A stretch of DNA of 64,000 nt from Thermotogales bacterium (GCA_003561215.1 PWXG01000008.1:1114-65113), one strand, 5' to 3'. Shown: positions 18,974 through 27,902, numbered from the stretch's first letter. The notes: generated by a model not told the origin, from the letters alone. Numbers and translations: made by a program.

Positions 18974-20097
18974 ACGATCTGATTGTTGTGGGAGCTGGTC
19001 CTGCCGGTTCTGCGACGGCAAAGGCATCTGCGTCTTTGGGCATGGATGTTGCCCTCTTGGACGCCAGGGAGTTTCCCAGAGAGAAGCTGTGTGGGGGTGT
19101 CCTGACCCCGCGAGCAGTGAGTATTCTAGAGAGTGCTTTTGGAGGAATCGAGTATCCCTTTGTCCCGTCAAATTCCCTAAAAATGGGCGTTCTGAAGGGC
19201 TACTCCTTGGAAGACATAGCAGAGATAACCGGGAACAGAGAGATAGTCAGGTTCATAGATAGACGGAGCTTTGATCATGCTCTGGTGAAAGACGCTATAG
19301 AATCTGGAGCTTCGTTCGTGAGAGAAAGAATAAGATCCGTAGAGAAAGGTGAGGACTGCTTCACAGTTCGGGGATCAGGCAGTGAATTCAGATCGAGATT
19401 CCTTGTAATTGCTGCGGGATCGTTTGGTTGCCGTTTGCTTCGTGCAGAAGAACAACCAGAATTCGGTGTTGTCTATACGGCCACTGTTCCAAAAAAAGAC
19501 CATGTGCCGAAACTGGCCTTCTTTGAACAGGGATATGGATGGGTCTTCCCGGGACCCAATCGTGTAAGTATTGGAGTGGGAAAGCATCCAGACTATGGGA
19601 GGCTTTCCATTGATTATGCTAGAAGACTGATATCCTTGCTTGGTGGACAAGATGAAACATTATGTGGAGGTGTTGTCCCGGTTTTCAGCGCGGAAAGATC
19701 ACTGGAGCTTAACCGGATCGAGGATGGATGTCTCTTTGTCGGCGATGCAGGTGGTTTTGTGGATCCCTGGACAGGAGAAGGAATCGGATTTGCTCTCGAC
19801 AGTGGAATCTCAGCAGCAAGCGCAATTTCCAGGGGTTTCGGCGAACCGGGAGAGGTGAACAAAGAGTTTCTCGGTAACGTCAGGCAAATTGCGAAGCATC
19901 TTCTGCTGGGCGATGCCCTACGTAAAGGTTTTTTTGGAAACATGGAACGAAGTATACAGATAATGGAAGATCCAAAATTCTCGCGCATGGCAATAGTATT
20001 CACAGGAAGGTACTGCTCAAGAGTATCCGGATTAATGCTGAGGAGCTTGCTACTTCGCGGTATCAAAGTCAGGAAGGATGAAACACGGAGTTCGTGA
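18970..20097 (+). CDS. geranylgeranyl reductase family FAD-dependent oxidoreductase
   Basis: N-terminal VVGAGPAGSATA, KLCGG, and GDAGGFVDPWTGEGIGFAL motifs. AGGAGGG SD. Confidence 0.75.
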   Translation: MNDLIVVGAGPAGSATAKASASLGMDVALLDAREFPREKLCGGVLTPRAVSILESAFGGIEYPFVPSNSLKMGVLKGYSLEDIAEITGNREIVRFIDRRSFDHALVKDAIESGASFVRERIRSVEKGEDCFTVRGSGSEFRSRFLVIAAGSFGCRLLRAEEQPEFGVVYTATVPKKDHVPKLAFFEQGYGWVFPGPNRVSIGVGKHPDYGRLSIDYARRLISLLGGQDETLCGGVVPVFSAERSLELNRIEDGCLFVGDAGGFVDPWTGEGIGFALDSGISAASAISRGFGEPGEVNKEFLGNVRQIAKHLLLGDALRKGFFGNMERSIQIMEDPKFSRMAIVFTGRYCSRVSGLMLRSLLLRGIKVRKDETRSS

Positions 20098-20114
20098 TCA
20101 GAATATGGTTCTTC

Positions 20115-21053
20115 TCAGGTTTTCTCTTCGCGTGAATAGGGTATGCCCAGTGTGGCAGGCGCGCCCACTCTCAGCCTTAGTTTTTCTGTGGAAGTGAAGA
20201 TCAGAACGACTACTGTTAACAAGTAAGGAAGCATTCTAAGAAAGTCGGTCGGAATGTCCGCGCCGATAGCTTGAAGCCGAAACCCAAGAGCGGTTACTCC
20301 TCCGAAGAGGTATGCTCCAAACAGTGCTTTTACTGGATCCCAGGTAGCGAAAAGAACGAGGGCTATTGCTATCCATCCCCGTCCCGCCGTCATGTTCTCT
20401 ATCCACATGGAGTTATACGCAAGGGAAAGATAAGCACCGCCTATTGCGGTTATTGAGCAACCAAGCACAGTGTAAAAATACCTTACTGCAAAGACGTTTA
20501 TTCCTCTTGAATCAGCGGCCTCAGGAGCTTCTCCGACAGCCCTGAGAGTCATGCCGTATTTCGTCTTGTAGACGAACAACCAGAGCAAAGGTACGCAGAT
20601 GTAGCTTATGTAGACAAGCAGGCTGTGGTTGAAGAAAATCGTTCCGATATAAGGGATATCAGAGAGCAACGGAATCCTCATTGGTGTAAAACGCTGAGCG
20701 ACAACACCAACATAACCTTTCCCCCAGAGACCACTTATTCCAGTTCCCAACATAGTGATTGCAAGACCGCTCACAATCTGGTTGACCCTCAGGGAGATGG
20801 TGAAAAAAGCGTGAACCAGTCCCAATGCCGCCCCCGCGAGCATAGCGACGACAATGGCAAGAAAAAGATTGCCAGTGCTATATGACGCAACGAAACCACT
20901 GATTGCTCCAACAAGCATCAAACCTTCAATACCAAGGTTCATAACTCCAGAGCGCTCGGTGAGAATGTCTCCTAGAACCGCAAACAGAAGTGGTGTTCCC
21001 GCCCTCACGGCAGCTTGCAGAGTGAAGACTACAAAAGGGACAATGTCAGACAT
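20115..21053 (-). CDS. ABC transporter permease (BMP/nucleoside-type, YufQ/NupQ-like)
   Basis: 312 aa polytopic protein. Last gene of the BMP-ATPase-permease-permease operon. Confidence 0.8.
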   Translation of the reverse strand: MSDIVPFVVFTLQAAVRAGTPLLFAVLGDILTERSGVMNLGIEGLMLVGAISGFVASYSTGNLFLAIVVAMLAGAALGLVHAFFTISLRVNQIVSGLAITMLGTGISGLWGKGYVGVVAQRFTPMRIPLLSDIPYIGTIFFNHSLLVYISYICVPLLWLFVYKTKYGMTLRAVGEAPEAADSRGINVFAVRYFYTVLGCSITAIGGAYLSLAYNSMWIENMTAGRGWIAIALVLFATWDPVKALFGAYLFGGVTALGFRLQAIGADIPTDFLRMLPYLLTVVVLIFTSTEKLRLRVGAPATLGIPYSREEKT

Positions 21054-22160
21054 CTATTCATCTCCCCTCTTGTGAAAACGTATTCTGTAGCGGGAAATCG
21101 CTTCTCCTCCGAGTAGCGAGAACAGGACCAGTCCCTGAAAGACGTAGACAAGCGCTATAGGGACTCTGTAAAACATCTGGAGCTGTTCGTTCCCCACCAG
21201 AAGTCCTCCAAAGAGTATGGCAACGACTACTACACCGATGGGATTAAGTTTTCCGAGCCATGCAATGATTATTGCTGTATAACCGTATCCTGGCGAGAAA
21301 CCGGGCTGAAGACGATGCTGAGCTCCCATCATCTGCACAGCGCCTCCGGCACCTGCAATAGCACCGCTTGCAAGAAGTGCAAGGATTGTGAACAGTTTGA
21401 TGTTAACTCCCGCATAAATAGCGGCCTGAATGTTATCTCCTATCAAGGCTGATTTCTGGCCCCAGGAAGTACGCCTGTAAACATATTCCAAAAAGACGGC
21501 AAGGACTACTACGAAAACCAGTCCGATCTGAACGTTTCCATCGAATATTCTCGGCAACCGCGCTGCCGCCGGATACTCTGCTGTGAGAGGAAAACCAAAC
21601 CCGGCAGGATCTCTCCACCTCCCATATACAAGATAGTCTACCCAAAAGATCGCAACATAGTTAAGCATCAGAGTAACTACTATCTCATCAGTCTTGGCAA
21701 AAGCCTTCATTACCGCGGGAATGAGGCCCCAGATAGCTCCAAACACAGCACCCATGCTTATTACCAGACAAGCCATCAACAGCGGGGATTGCAGGTCATT
21801 GAACAAGAAGAGAGCTCCCCATGTTGCAGCAAAAGCTCCCATGTAGAGTTGTCCTTCTCCACCGATATTCCATATTCGCATTCTGTATGCTATGCAGAGT
21901 CCCAGGCCGACAAATGCGAGCGGGATCATCTTGTTCAGCGTTTCGTAGAAACCGTATAGGTTGCCAAAAGGCCAGCTGAGCATTTCGCCGTAAGCTTCGA
22001 GTGTTCTGGAGAGAGCAAAGCGAATACCTCTGCCAGGCTCCATGAAGAAGACGGTGAGAAAAATTCCCATGACGAATAGGGCAAAAAGAATCGACAAGAC
22101 GGGCACCAGAATACCCGCCCCACGAGGCGGCTTTAGTCTTCGTTCAATACGAAACTTCAA
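21054..22160 (-). CDS. ABC transporter permease (BMP/nucleoside-type, YufP/NupP-like)
   Basis: 368 aa polytopic protein. Abuts both of its neighbours. Confidence 0.8.
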   Translation of the reverse strand: MKFRIERRLKPPRGAGILVPVLSILFALFVMGIFLTVFFMEPGRGIRFALSRTLEAYGEMLSWPFGNLYGFYETLNKMIPLAFVGLGLCIAYRMRIWNIGGEGQLYMGAFAATWGALFLFNDLQSPLLMACLVISMGAVFGAIWGLIPAVMKAFAKTDEIVVTLMLNYVAIFWVDYLVYGRWRDPAGFGFPLTAEYPAAARLPRIFDGNVQIGLVFVVVLAVFLEYVYRRTSWGQKSALIGDNIQAAIYAGVNIKLFTILALLASGAIAGAGGAVQMMGAQHRLQPGFSPGYGYTAIIIAWLGKLNPIGVVVVAILFGGLLVGNEQLQMFYRVPIALVYVFQGLVLFSLLGGEAISRYRIRFHKRGDE

Positions 22161-23671
22161 GCCTCGTCACCTGCGCCGGAAGCTCCGGACATCATGAGCC
22201 CGATCTTCTCTCTGTTGGACGAGTCAGGAGACGCATAACCGACAAGCTTGCCGCCATATATTACAGCAACCCTGTCAGCCAGCCGAAAAAGTTCGTCCAG
22301 GTCTCCAGCGAGCAACAATACGGCAGCTCCTTTCTTTTTCTGTTCAAGAAGGGTCTTGTAGACGAACTCCATTGCTCCTACATCCAGTCCCCTGGTAGGC
22401 TGAGCTGCAATAACGGCTTTTGGAGATGAGGACAGCTCTCGCGCCAGAACTACCTTCTGGATATTCCCGCCAGAGAGATACTTAGCCCTGGTCTTCTCGG
22501 AAGGAGTTACAATGGAAAAGTCTCTAACGAGTTTTCTTGATGCAGTCGAAACACCTGTTCTGTTGGAGAGAAGAGGGTGGGAAGGAACACTCTGTGTTGC
22601 GTAATTCTTTGCGAACAGATTCTCCTCGACGGAAAGATTCGGGGAAATTGCCATACCCTTTCTATCTTGTGGGATGAAAGACAGACCCAGTTGAACTCTC
22701 TTGCGGACAGGGGTTCTGGTAATATCCTGGCCATCAATAAACACCTTGCCGTTGAGTGGCTTGCGCATTCCGTAGATGCATTCTGCAAGTTCGCGTTGAC
22801 CATTTCCCTCCACTCCAGCTATACCGAGTACTTCACCAGCACGAACAGTGAAGCTTATGTCGTTTACAGCGGTAAGCCCCCTGTCATCATTGACTCGAAG
22901 ATTCTTCACTTCAAGAATCTTTGAGCCTGTTTCCACATCGGTGCGCGGAACATCTACCAGTAAATCTCTTCCTACCATCATTTTCGCGAGGGCGGCTTTT
23001 GTTGTAGCTTTCTTGTCAACAGTATCGACAGCCAACCCTTTTCTCAAGACTGTGATACGGTCGCTTATCTGCATCACTTCATCGAGCTTGTGACTGATAA
23101 AGACTACCGAAGTATCAGCTTCTTTCATCTTTCTCAGAGCGTCAAACAAAGCCCGAGTCTCATGGGGGACGAGAACTGCAGTCGGTTCATCAAGAATAAG
23201 TATCTTGGCTCCGGTATAGAGGATCTTGAGGATTTCGACCCTCTGTTTTTCTCCGACCGAAAGGGTCCATGCCCTGGCATCAGGATCGACCTTCAGACCA
23301 TACGTATCCCCCAGCTCCCTTATTCGCCTTTCGACCCTGCCTGTTCGAGGAAAGACTCCGAGTTCTCTGAGTCCCAGAACGGTGTTTTCTGCTACAGTAA
23401 AAGAAGGAACAAGGGTGAAGTGCTGTTGAACCATCCCAATTCCGTGAGCGATTGCATTGTGTGGAGAGGAGATCTTGACATGTTTGCCATCTATCAAAAT
23501 CTCGCCTGAATCTTGCCTGTAAATACCGAAAAGGATGTTCATTAACGTAGTCTTGCCTGCACCATTTTCCCCAAGCAGGGTGTGTACCTCTCCGCTTTTC
23601 AAGACAAAAGAAACATCGTCGACTGCCTTCACGCCAGGAAAAGACTTGGCAATATCTTTCATCTCAAGCAC
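22157..23671 (-). CDS. ABC transporter ATP-binding protein, duplicated ATPase
   Basis: Two NBDs (GENGAGKTT, LSVGEKQRVEI, ILDEPT; a second LSGGNIQK). The ORF-track N-terminus (to 23938) overlaps the BMP gene. I place the start at GTG 23671 or ATG 23662 (VLEMKDIAKSFPGV). Confidence 0.85.
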   Translation of the reverse strand: MLEMKDIAKSFPGVKAVDDVSFVLKSGEVHTLLGENGAGKTTLMNILFGIYRQDSGEILIDGKHVKISSPHNAIAHGIGMVQQHFTLVPSFTVAENTVLGLRELGVFPRTGRVERRIRELGDTYGLKVDPDARAWTLSVGEKQRVEILKILYTGAKILILDEPTAVLVPHETRALFDALRKMKEADTSVVFISHKLDEVMQISDRITVLRKGLAVDTVDKKATTKAALAKMMVGRDLLVDVPRTDVETGSKILEVKNLRVNDDRGLTAVNDISFTVRAGEVLGIAGVEGNGQRELAECIYGMRKPLNGKVFIDGQDITRTPVRKRVQLGLSFIPQDRKGMAISPNLSVEENLFAKNYATQSVPSHPLLSNRTGVSTASRKLVRDFSIVTPSEKTRAKYLSGGNIQKVVLARELSSSPKAVIAAQPTRGLDVGAMEFVYKTLLEQKKKGAAVLLLAGDLDELFRLADRVAVIYGGKLVGYASPDSSNREKIGLMMSGASGAGDEA

Positions 23672-23716
23672 TACATTCTCGTCTTCTCCTGAGGAAGTCT
23701 CTCCATAATTTAAAGA

Positions 23717-23730
23717 GGGCCTTGCGGCCC
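23717..23730 (-). promoter_or_regulatory. intercistronic GC stem-loop between the binding-protein gene and the ATPase gene
   Basis: On the mRNA strand this reads GGGCC-GCAA-GGCCC (GNRA loop). It lies 21 nt after the BMP stop and upstream of the ATPase start. Confidence 0.5.
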
Positions 23731-23750
23731 CCTTCAAAGAATGAGAAGAA

Positions 23751-24809
23751 TTATCGCGGGATTCTTCCAACAACATTACTGACAAACCAGTCCATGGCGA
23801 GAAGCTCACCGTCAGTTGGAACTTCGCCTTTCTCGATTCTAAGCTCCCCGTCCTGATCATATATGGGTCCCACAAAAGGATGGAACTCTCCGGCGACAAT
23901 TGTTCTCTTGACGACATCGACAAGCTTCTCAACCCCAAGAGGAACGAGATCAGTTACCAGAAGATCAACAACGCCGGTATCCATACCTCCCCAAAATTCG
24001 TGGGTTTCCCATTCCCCGGCCATGACGTCTCTTATGACTTCCTCGTAGTAGGGACCCCAGTTCCATATCGGACCTCCGAGATAGGCTTCTGGAGCGAAGG
24101 CTGTCATATCACTGTTATAGCCAACACTGTAAACACCCCACTCCTCGGCAGCCTGTTGCGGAGCGGGCGTATCCTGATGCTGGGCAATCACGTCAGCACC
24201 GAGGTCCAGAATAGAGATCGCGGCTTCTCTTTCGAGTGACGGATCGAACCAGGTGTTTGTCCATATGACATGGACTTTAGCATTCGGATTTACGTAGTTC
24301 ACACCGAGCGCAAAAGCATTGATGCCCCTAACAACCTCTGGGATAGGGAACGCTGCAACATACCCTATGATGTTGGAAGTAGTCATAGCGCCAGCCAGCA
24401 TTCCAGAAAGGAAGCGAGGTTCATACATTCTTCCGAAGTACGTTCCAACATTCTCTGCAGTCCTGTAACCTGAACAGTGCATGAAGACTGTGTCAGGAAA
24501 ATCCTGGGCAACTCTGATCGTAGGATCCATAAAACCGAAACTTGTTGTGAAAACCAGGTCGAATCCGCGACGCGCATAACCCCTTATGGCGCTTTCTGCT
24601 TCTGCACCTTCTGCAACGTTTTCGATGTAGGCAGTTCGAATGGCATCTCCAAAGACATCTTCGATGTGTAGTCTTCCGAGATCGTGAGCGTAAGACCATC
24701 CGTGGTCACCTATCGGTCCTACATAGACAAATGCAACGTCCAGAACTGCAAAAGCAATCAGCGAAAATGAGAACAGTAGGAACACCAGTAAAAGTAGAGA
24801 CCTTTTCAT
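23751..24809 (-). CDS. BMP family (Med/PnrA-like) ABC substrate-binding lipoprotein
   Basis: Signal peptide MKRSLLLLVFLLFSFSLIAFA, then VGPIGDHGWSYAHD. Start moved to ATG 24809, with TAGGAGGT upstream. Confidence 0.85.
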   Translation of the reverse strand: MKRSLLLLVFLLFSFSLIAFAVLDVAFVYVGPIGDHGWSYAHDLGRLHIEDVFGDAIRTAYIENVAEGAEAESAIRGYARRGFDLVFTTSFGFMDPTIRVAQDFPDTVFMHCSGYRTAENVGTYFGRMYEPRFLSGMLAGAMTTSNIIGYVAAFPIPEVVRGINAFALGVNYVNPNAKVHVIWTNTWFDPSLEREAAISILDLGADVIAQHQDTPAPQQAAEEWGVYSVGYNSDMTAFAPEAYLGGPIWNWGPYYEEVIRDVMAGEWETHEFWGGMDTGVVDLLVTDLVPLGVEKLVDVVKRTIVAGEFHPFVGPIYDQDGELRIEKGEVPTDGELLAMDWFVSNVVGRIPR

Positions 24810-24860
24810 GAATATACCTCCTATTGTAGAGATTTTGGAAAGTTGTTGCCATATATTGAG

Positions 24861-24890
24861 ATTATACATGCATGGCTTCCCCAATTTCAA
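24861..24890 (-). promoter_or_regulatory. sigma-70-type promoter candidate for the BMP ABC operon
   Basis: Minus strand TTGAAA (24890-24885), 18 nt spacer, TATAAT (24866-24861). It lies about 50 nt upstream of the start. Confidence 0.45.
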
Positions 24891-25100
24891 CTTATTGTCA
24901 TTATTGATTTCACTCAGATGCATTGCTTCAGAGTCTCTTTCTTTGCTAACGCTGGAGAAACATGCGTAACCTACTAGCGGACACGTCTTTTTTTGACCTT
25001 GCTACAGTTTGCAGTTGCCCGGGAATGCACACCATCTTCTGATCTGGAGCAGTTGTTCCATACACTGTCAAAGAGTCAAGGACTAGTTACCAAATCCTTC

Positions 25101-25137
25101 ATGAAAGATAATGCTTCTTATGTTAGAATGATTATGA
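25101..25137 (+). promoter_or_regulatory. ferritin promoter candidate with overlapping Fur/PerR-like box
   Basis: ATGAAA (25101-25106), 17 nt spacer, TAGAAT (25124-25129). The 15-mer tTAGAATgATTATGa (25123-25137) matches tGATAATnATTATCa at 9 of 12 core positions. A perfect GATAAT lies in the spacer. Confidence 0.35.
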
Positions 25138-25158
25138 ACCATAGAGAGGAGGAGGAAC

Positions 25159-25644
25159 ATGATTAGCAAAAGGCTTAATGAAGCAATCAATGATCAGATC
25201 AAAGCAGAATTCGAATCAGCATCGCTCTATCTTTCAATGGCAGTTTGGTGCGCTAAGAATGTATTTTACGGCGCAGAGAACTTCATGATCAAACAGGCTC
25301 AGGAAGAAGAAGAGCACGCAATGAAATTTGTGAAGTTTCTTCTTGAGGTGGACGCTGACGTTGTTATCCCGGAACTGGGTAAACCACGAGCAGACTTCTC
25401 ATCACTGCTTGACGTATTCGAGAGCGGACTCGAGCACGAAAAGCTCGTAACTTCAAGAATCAACGATCTTGTCAAGCTTTCTGATGAAGATGGCGACTAC
25501 GCCACAAACGACTTCCTAGAGTGGTACGTTGCTGAACAGGTTGAAGAAGAGAAGACATTCAGGGACATTGTTAAGAAGCTGAGCATGGTTAAGGGTTCAC
25601 CGGCAGGGATTCTCAGGATAGACGATCAGCTTTCAAACAGGTGA
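25159..25644 (+). CDS. ferritin (non-haem, Ftn-type)
   Basis: 161 aa. Ferroxidase-centre pattern EFESASLYLSMA...EEEEHAMKF...LEHEK. GAGGAGGAGGA SD. Confidence 0.9.
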   Translation: MISKRLNEAINDQIKAEFESASLYLSMAVWCAKNVFYGAENFMIKQAQEEEEHAMKFVKFLLEVDADVVIPELGKPRADFSSLLDVFESGLEHEKLVTSRINDLVKLSDEDGDYATNDFLEWYVAEQVEEEKTFRDIVKKLSMVKGSPAGILRIDDQLSNR

Positions 25645-25664
25645 TAATCACGGATCATTAACTG

Positions 25665-25698
25665 AAGTGAGTGTGGGCCTTGCGGCCCACCTTCACTT
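25665..25698. terminator. long stem-loop between convergent ferritin and TetR genes
   Basis: AAGTGA-gt-GTGGGCC-ttgc-GGCCCAC-ct-TCACTT. There is no clean U-run on either side. Confidence 0.45.
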
Positions 25699-25719
25699 GT
25701 TCTTGCAAGTGAGTTTGCG

Positions 25720-26286
25720 CTATTTGTCCTGGCTGACCAGGCCCCGCCAAATAATCTCTCCGATGCTCTCCAGCCCGTCGGTTCCCTGAGAAGCATTCAT
25801 GGCGTTGATTATCAAGTCTGCCGCGTCTTCAGAGTCCACATCTTTAGGGATCTTCTCTTCGCTTTTTGCCCCCTCAATAATCGATGAGATCTTGCTCCGC
25901 AAAGCGAGGTAACGCTCTCGCACTCTTGACCAGGTGCTTTCGGGATGTGAAGCGATGTTTGCCCGCTCTCGTTCCATGATCCTTCGGACTTCGTCCCTGC
26001 TTGTAATGAAGCTTATATAGGACCTGAGCAGCTTCTTGAGTTTCCGGAGATAGACATTCTCGCTTCCTGTCTCGGCAAAAACGTGATCTTCCAACTCATC
26101 AAGAGAGTACTGCCAAACCTCGAAAAAGAGATCTTCCTTACTCGGGAAGTAGTAATATATGAGTGCCTTCTGGACACCGGCTTCACTAGCAATTTCTGAC
26201 ATGCTAACACCGTCGCGCCCTTTGTCTGCAAAAGCCTTCCGTGCCGCCCTGAGGATCCTGTTTCGGGTTGAGGTTTTATCCGACAT
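25720..26286 (-). CDS. TetR/AcrR family transcriptional regulator
   Basis: N-terminal HTH RILRAARKAFADKGRDGVSMSEIASEAGVQKALIYYYFPSKEDLF. Start moved to ATG 26286 after GAGGTGG. It lies 13 nt after the rSAM stop. Confidence 0.9.
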   Translation of the reverse strand: MSDKTSTRNRILRAARKAFADKGRDGVSMSEIASEAGVQKALIYYYFPSKEDLFFEVWQYSLDELEDHVFAETGSENVYLRKLKKLLRSYISFITSRDEVRRIMERERANIASHPESTWSRVRERYLALRSKISSIIEGAKSEEKIPKDVDSEDAADLIINAMNASQGTDGLESIGEIIWRGLVSQDK

Positions 26287-26299
26287 TTTTGCCACCTCA

Positions 26300-27745
26300 T
26301 TAGCCTTTCTTGTCGAGAGCGAGTTTCTCCTCATCGTTTGCGTATCTTCGTAGTCTGGTTTCGTAGTCGTATATTCCCCGCTTGGAGGGATGAGTCTCTA
26401 CATAACCGTGTTCAAACCAGAGCTTGTCCGCATAGACCTTCCAGTCTTCTGCCAATTTGTCGAGTTCGGGGGCGAGCTCCGAAAGAACACGCTCGCTTCC
26501 CTCATGTTGAGGGATAGCGTTGTATTCCTTTATCATTGCCCTGAGGACCTTCGGATTGTCAATAATCGGGCAAGGTCTAAAGAGGTTATTGCTGTAAGGA
26601 ATCATCCTCTTGAAAGCCGTGAAGAATGGTGATTTGAGTACCTCCAGCAAGCTCTTTTCGCGAATGCTGTCAACAGCGAATTGCTGGAATACACACGGTT
26701 CTACATATCCTTTAGCGTTTACGTGTAGATACCCGGACCCGGCGGCAAGGCATCCATGTGTAAGGAACCCGTGGTTCCAGAAGTCCGCGATAATAGCGAA
26801 ATCACCACCCAGACGGACCTGGTCAGTCTTGAAGAACCTCTCATAACGCTGTTGAGGAGTCGGGACAAGGTCCATGGAAGGATTCATCCCGACAGGCATA
26901 AACTGGAATACCCAGGCATAACAAACGCCCTTTTCCTTCAAGTATGACCAGAAATCGTCGTCAAGAACGGCTTCGTGATTAACCTTAGTTGCGGTGATTG
27001 ATGTTCCAAATATGACGCCTGCCTCTCTGAGATTCTCCCAGGCCTGGTTGATCTTCTCGAAAACTCCTCGACCTCTACGCCAATCTGTTTCGCTTTCCAG
27101 ACCTTCAACCGAGACCGCGGGTGTTGCATTACCGAGTTCGCTGAGTCGCTGTGCCACCTCTTTGGTGATGAGAGTTCCGTTGGTATAGAGCTGGAAATAG
27201 CTGTCATTGAACTCTTCAAAAATCTCCAGCAGGTGAGGCCATACGAAGGGTTCTCCGCCTGTTATGACAAAGAAATAGATACCCAGGTCGTTTGCCTGCT
27301 TGATGACAGATCTCACTTCATCTTTTGATAGCTGATACTTCCTGCCGTAAAGTCCGGCATAACAGCCGACACAGTTAAGATTGCATGCGTAGGTAGGACT
27401 GATTACAACGAGCTTCGGAATGAATACCTCGTGCTCGTTCGATTTCTCGATTCTGATTTTCTCGCCGAGAGCGAACTCATTTATCACTAGATTTGTCATA
27501 AGCTTCTCAACTGATTTCGGAGAAGCATTACTGAAGATCCTTTTCCACGACTGGATCATCGGGTGTTTCTCTTTGGCCATATTTGCGACCTTCCTAAGTC
27601 CGCTCTTTGAGGGCTCCTTGCTCAAAGCGCTTACGGTTGCAAACAGTCTGTATAGAGTCTCTTCAGAAGAGTTCCTTACAACGCCAGCTACGAATTTTCC
27701 TGCCTGTTTGAGCATTCCTTGCTTCATGCTATCTACGAGCGACAT
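26300..27745 (-). CDS. radical SAM protein with N-terminal about 125-aa extension and twitch/partial-SPASM-like C-terminal region
   Basis: CNLNCVGCYAG (CX3CX2C), ITGGEPF, YTNGTLI, then GCLAAGSGYLHVNAKGYVEPC...RPCP. Start moved to ATG 27745 after GGAGGTG. Confidence 0.85.
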   Translation of the reverse strand: MSLVDSMKQGMLKQAGKFVAGVVRNSSEETLYRLFATVSALSKEPSKSGLRKVANMAKEKHPMIQSWKRIFSNASPKSVEKLMTNLVINEFALGEKIRIEKSNEHEVFIPKLVVISPTYACNLNCVGCYAGLYGRKYQLSKDEVRSVIKQANDLGIYFFVITGGEPFVWPHLLEIFEEFNDSYFQLYTNGTLITKEVAQRLSELGNATPAVSVEGLESETDWRRGRGVFEKINQAWENLREAGVIFGTSITATKVNHEAVLDDDFWSYLKEKGVCYAWVFQFMPVGMNPSMDLVPTPQQRYERFFKTDQVRLGGDFAIIADFWNHGFLTHGCLAAGSGYLHVNAKGYVEPCVFQQFAVDSIREKSLLEVLKSPFFTAFKRMIPYSNNLFRPCPIIDNPKVLRAMIKEYNAIPQHEGSERVLSELAPELDKLAEDWKVYADKLWFEHGYVETHPSKRGIYDYETRLRRYANDEEKLALDKKG

Positions 27746-27768
27746 AGAAAACACCTCCAGTTTTTTAC

Positions 27769-27782
27769 TTACCGGTCGGTAA
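27769..27782 (-). promoter_or_regulatory. candidate TetR operator in the rSAM leader
   Basis: TTACCG-gt-CGGTAA inverted repeat. It sits 2 nt downstream of a -10-like TAGTAT (27789-27784, minus strand) and about 24 nt upstream of the start codon. Confidence 0.35.
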
Positions 27783-27838
27783 AATACTAGATCATTATTG
27801 TGTCTAAAAGAATGCAACCGCGTTAATCGTAGATTAAG

Positions 27839-27867
27839 AAAAATGGGCAGTGAAACTGCCCATTTTT
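27839..27867. terminator. bidirectional rho-independent terminator
   Basis: AAAAATGGGCAG-tgaaa-CTGCCCATTTTT, with A5 and T5 flanks. It lies 36 nt after the PPIase stop and insulates the rSAM-TetR unit. Confidence 0.75.
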
Positions 27868-27902
27868 CTTACTTGAGAGATATCGGAAAAAGCTTAAAGA
27901 AA

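Noticed and set aside
23672-23938. Long N-terminal extensions in ORF-track calls. Examples: ATPase to 23938, BMP to 24923, PhoH to 8855, M32 to 15128, rSAM to 27817, MutS from 41397, RemA from 40387.
   Set aside because: The extensions overlap neighbouring genes, promoters or terminators and lack SD sites. Internal starts have GGAGG-type SD sites at 4-9 nt and restore canonical family N-termini or signal peptides.
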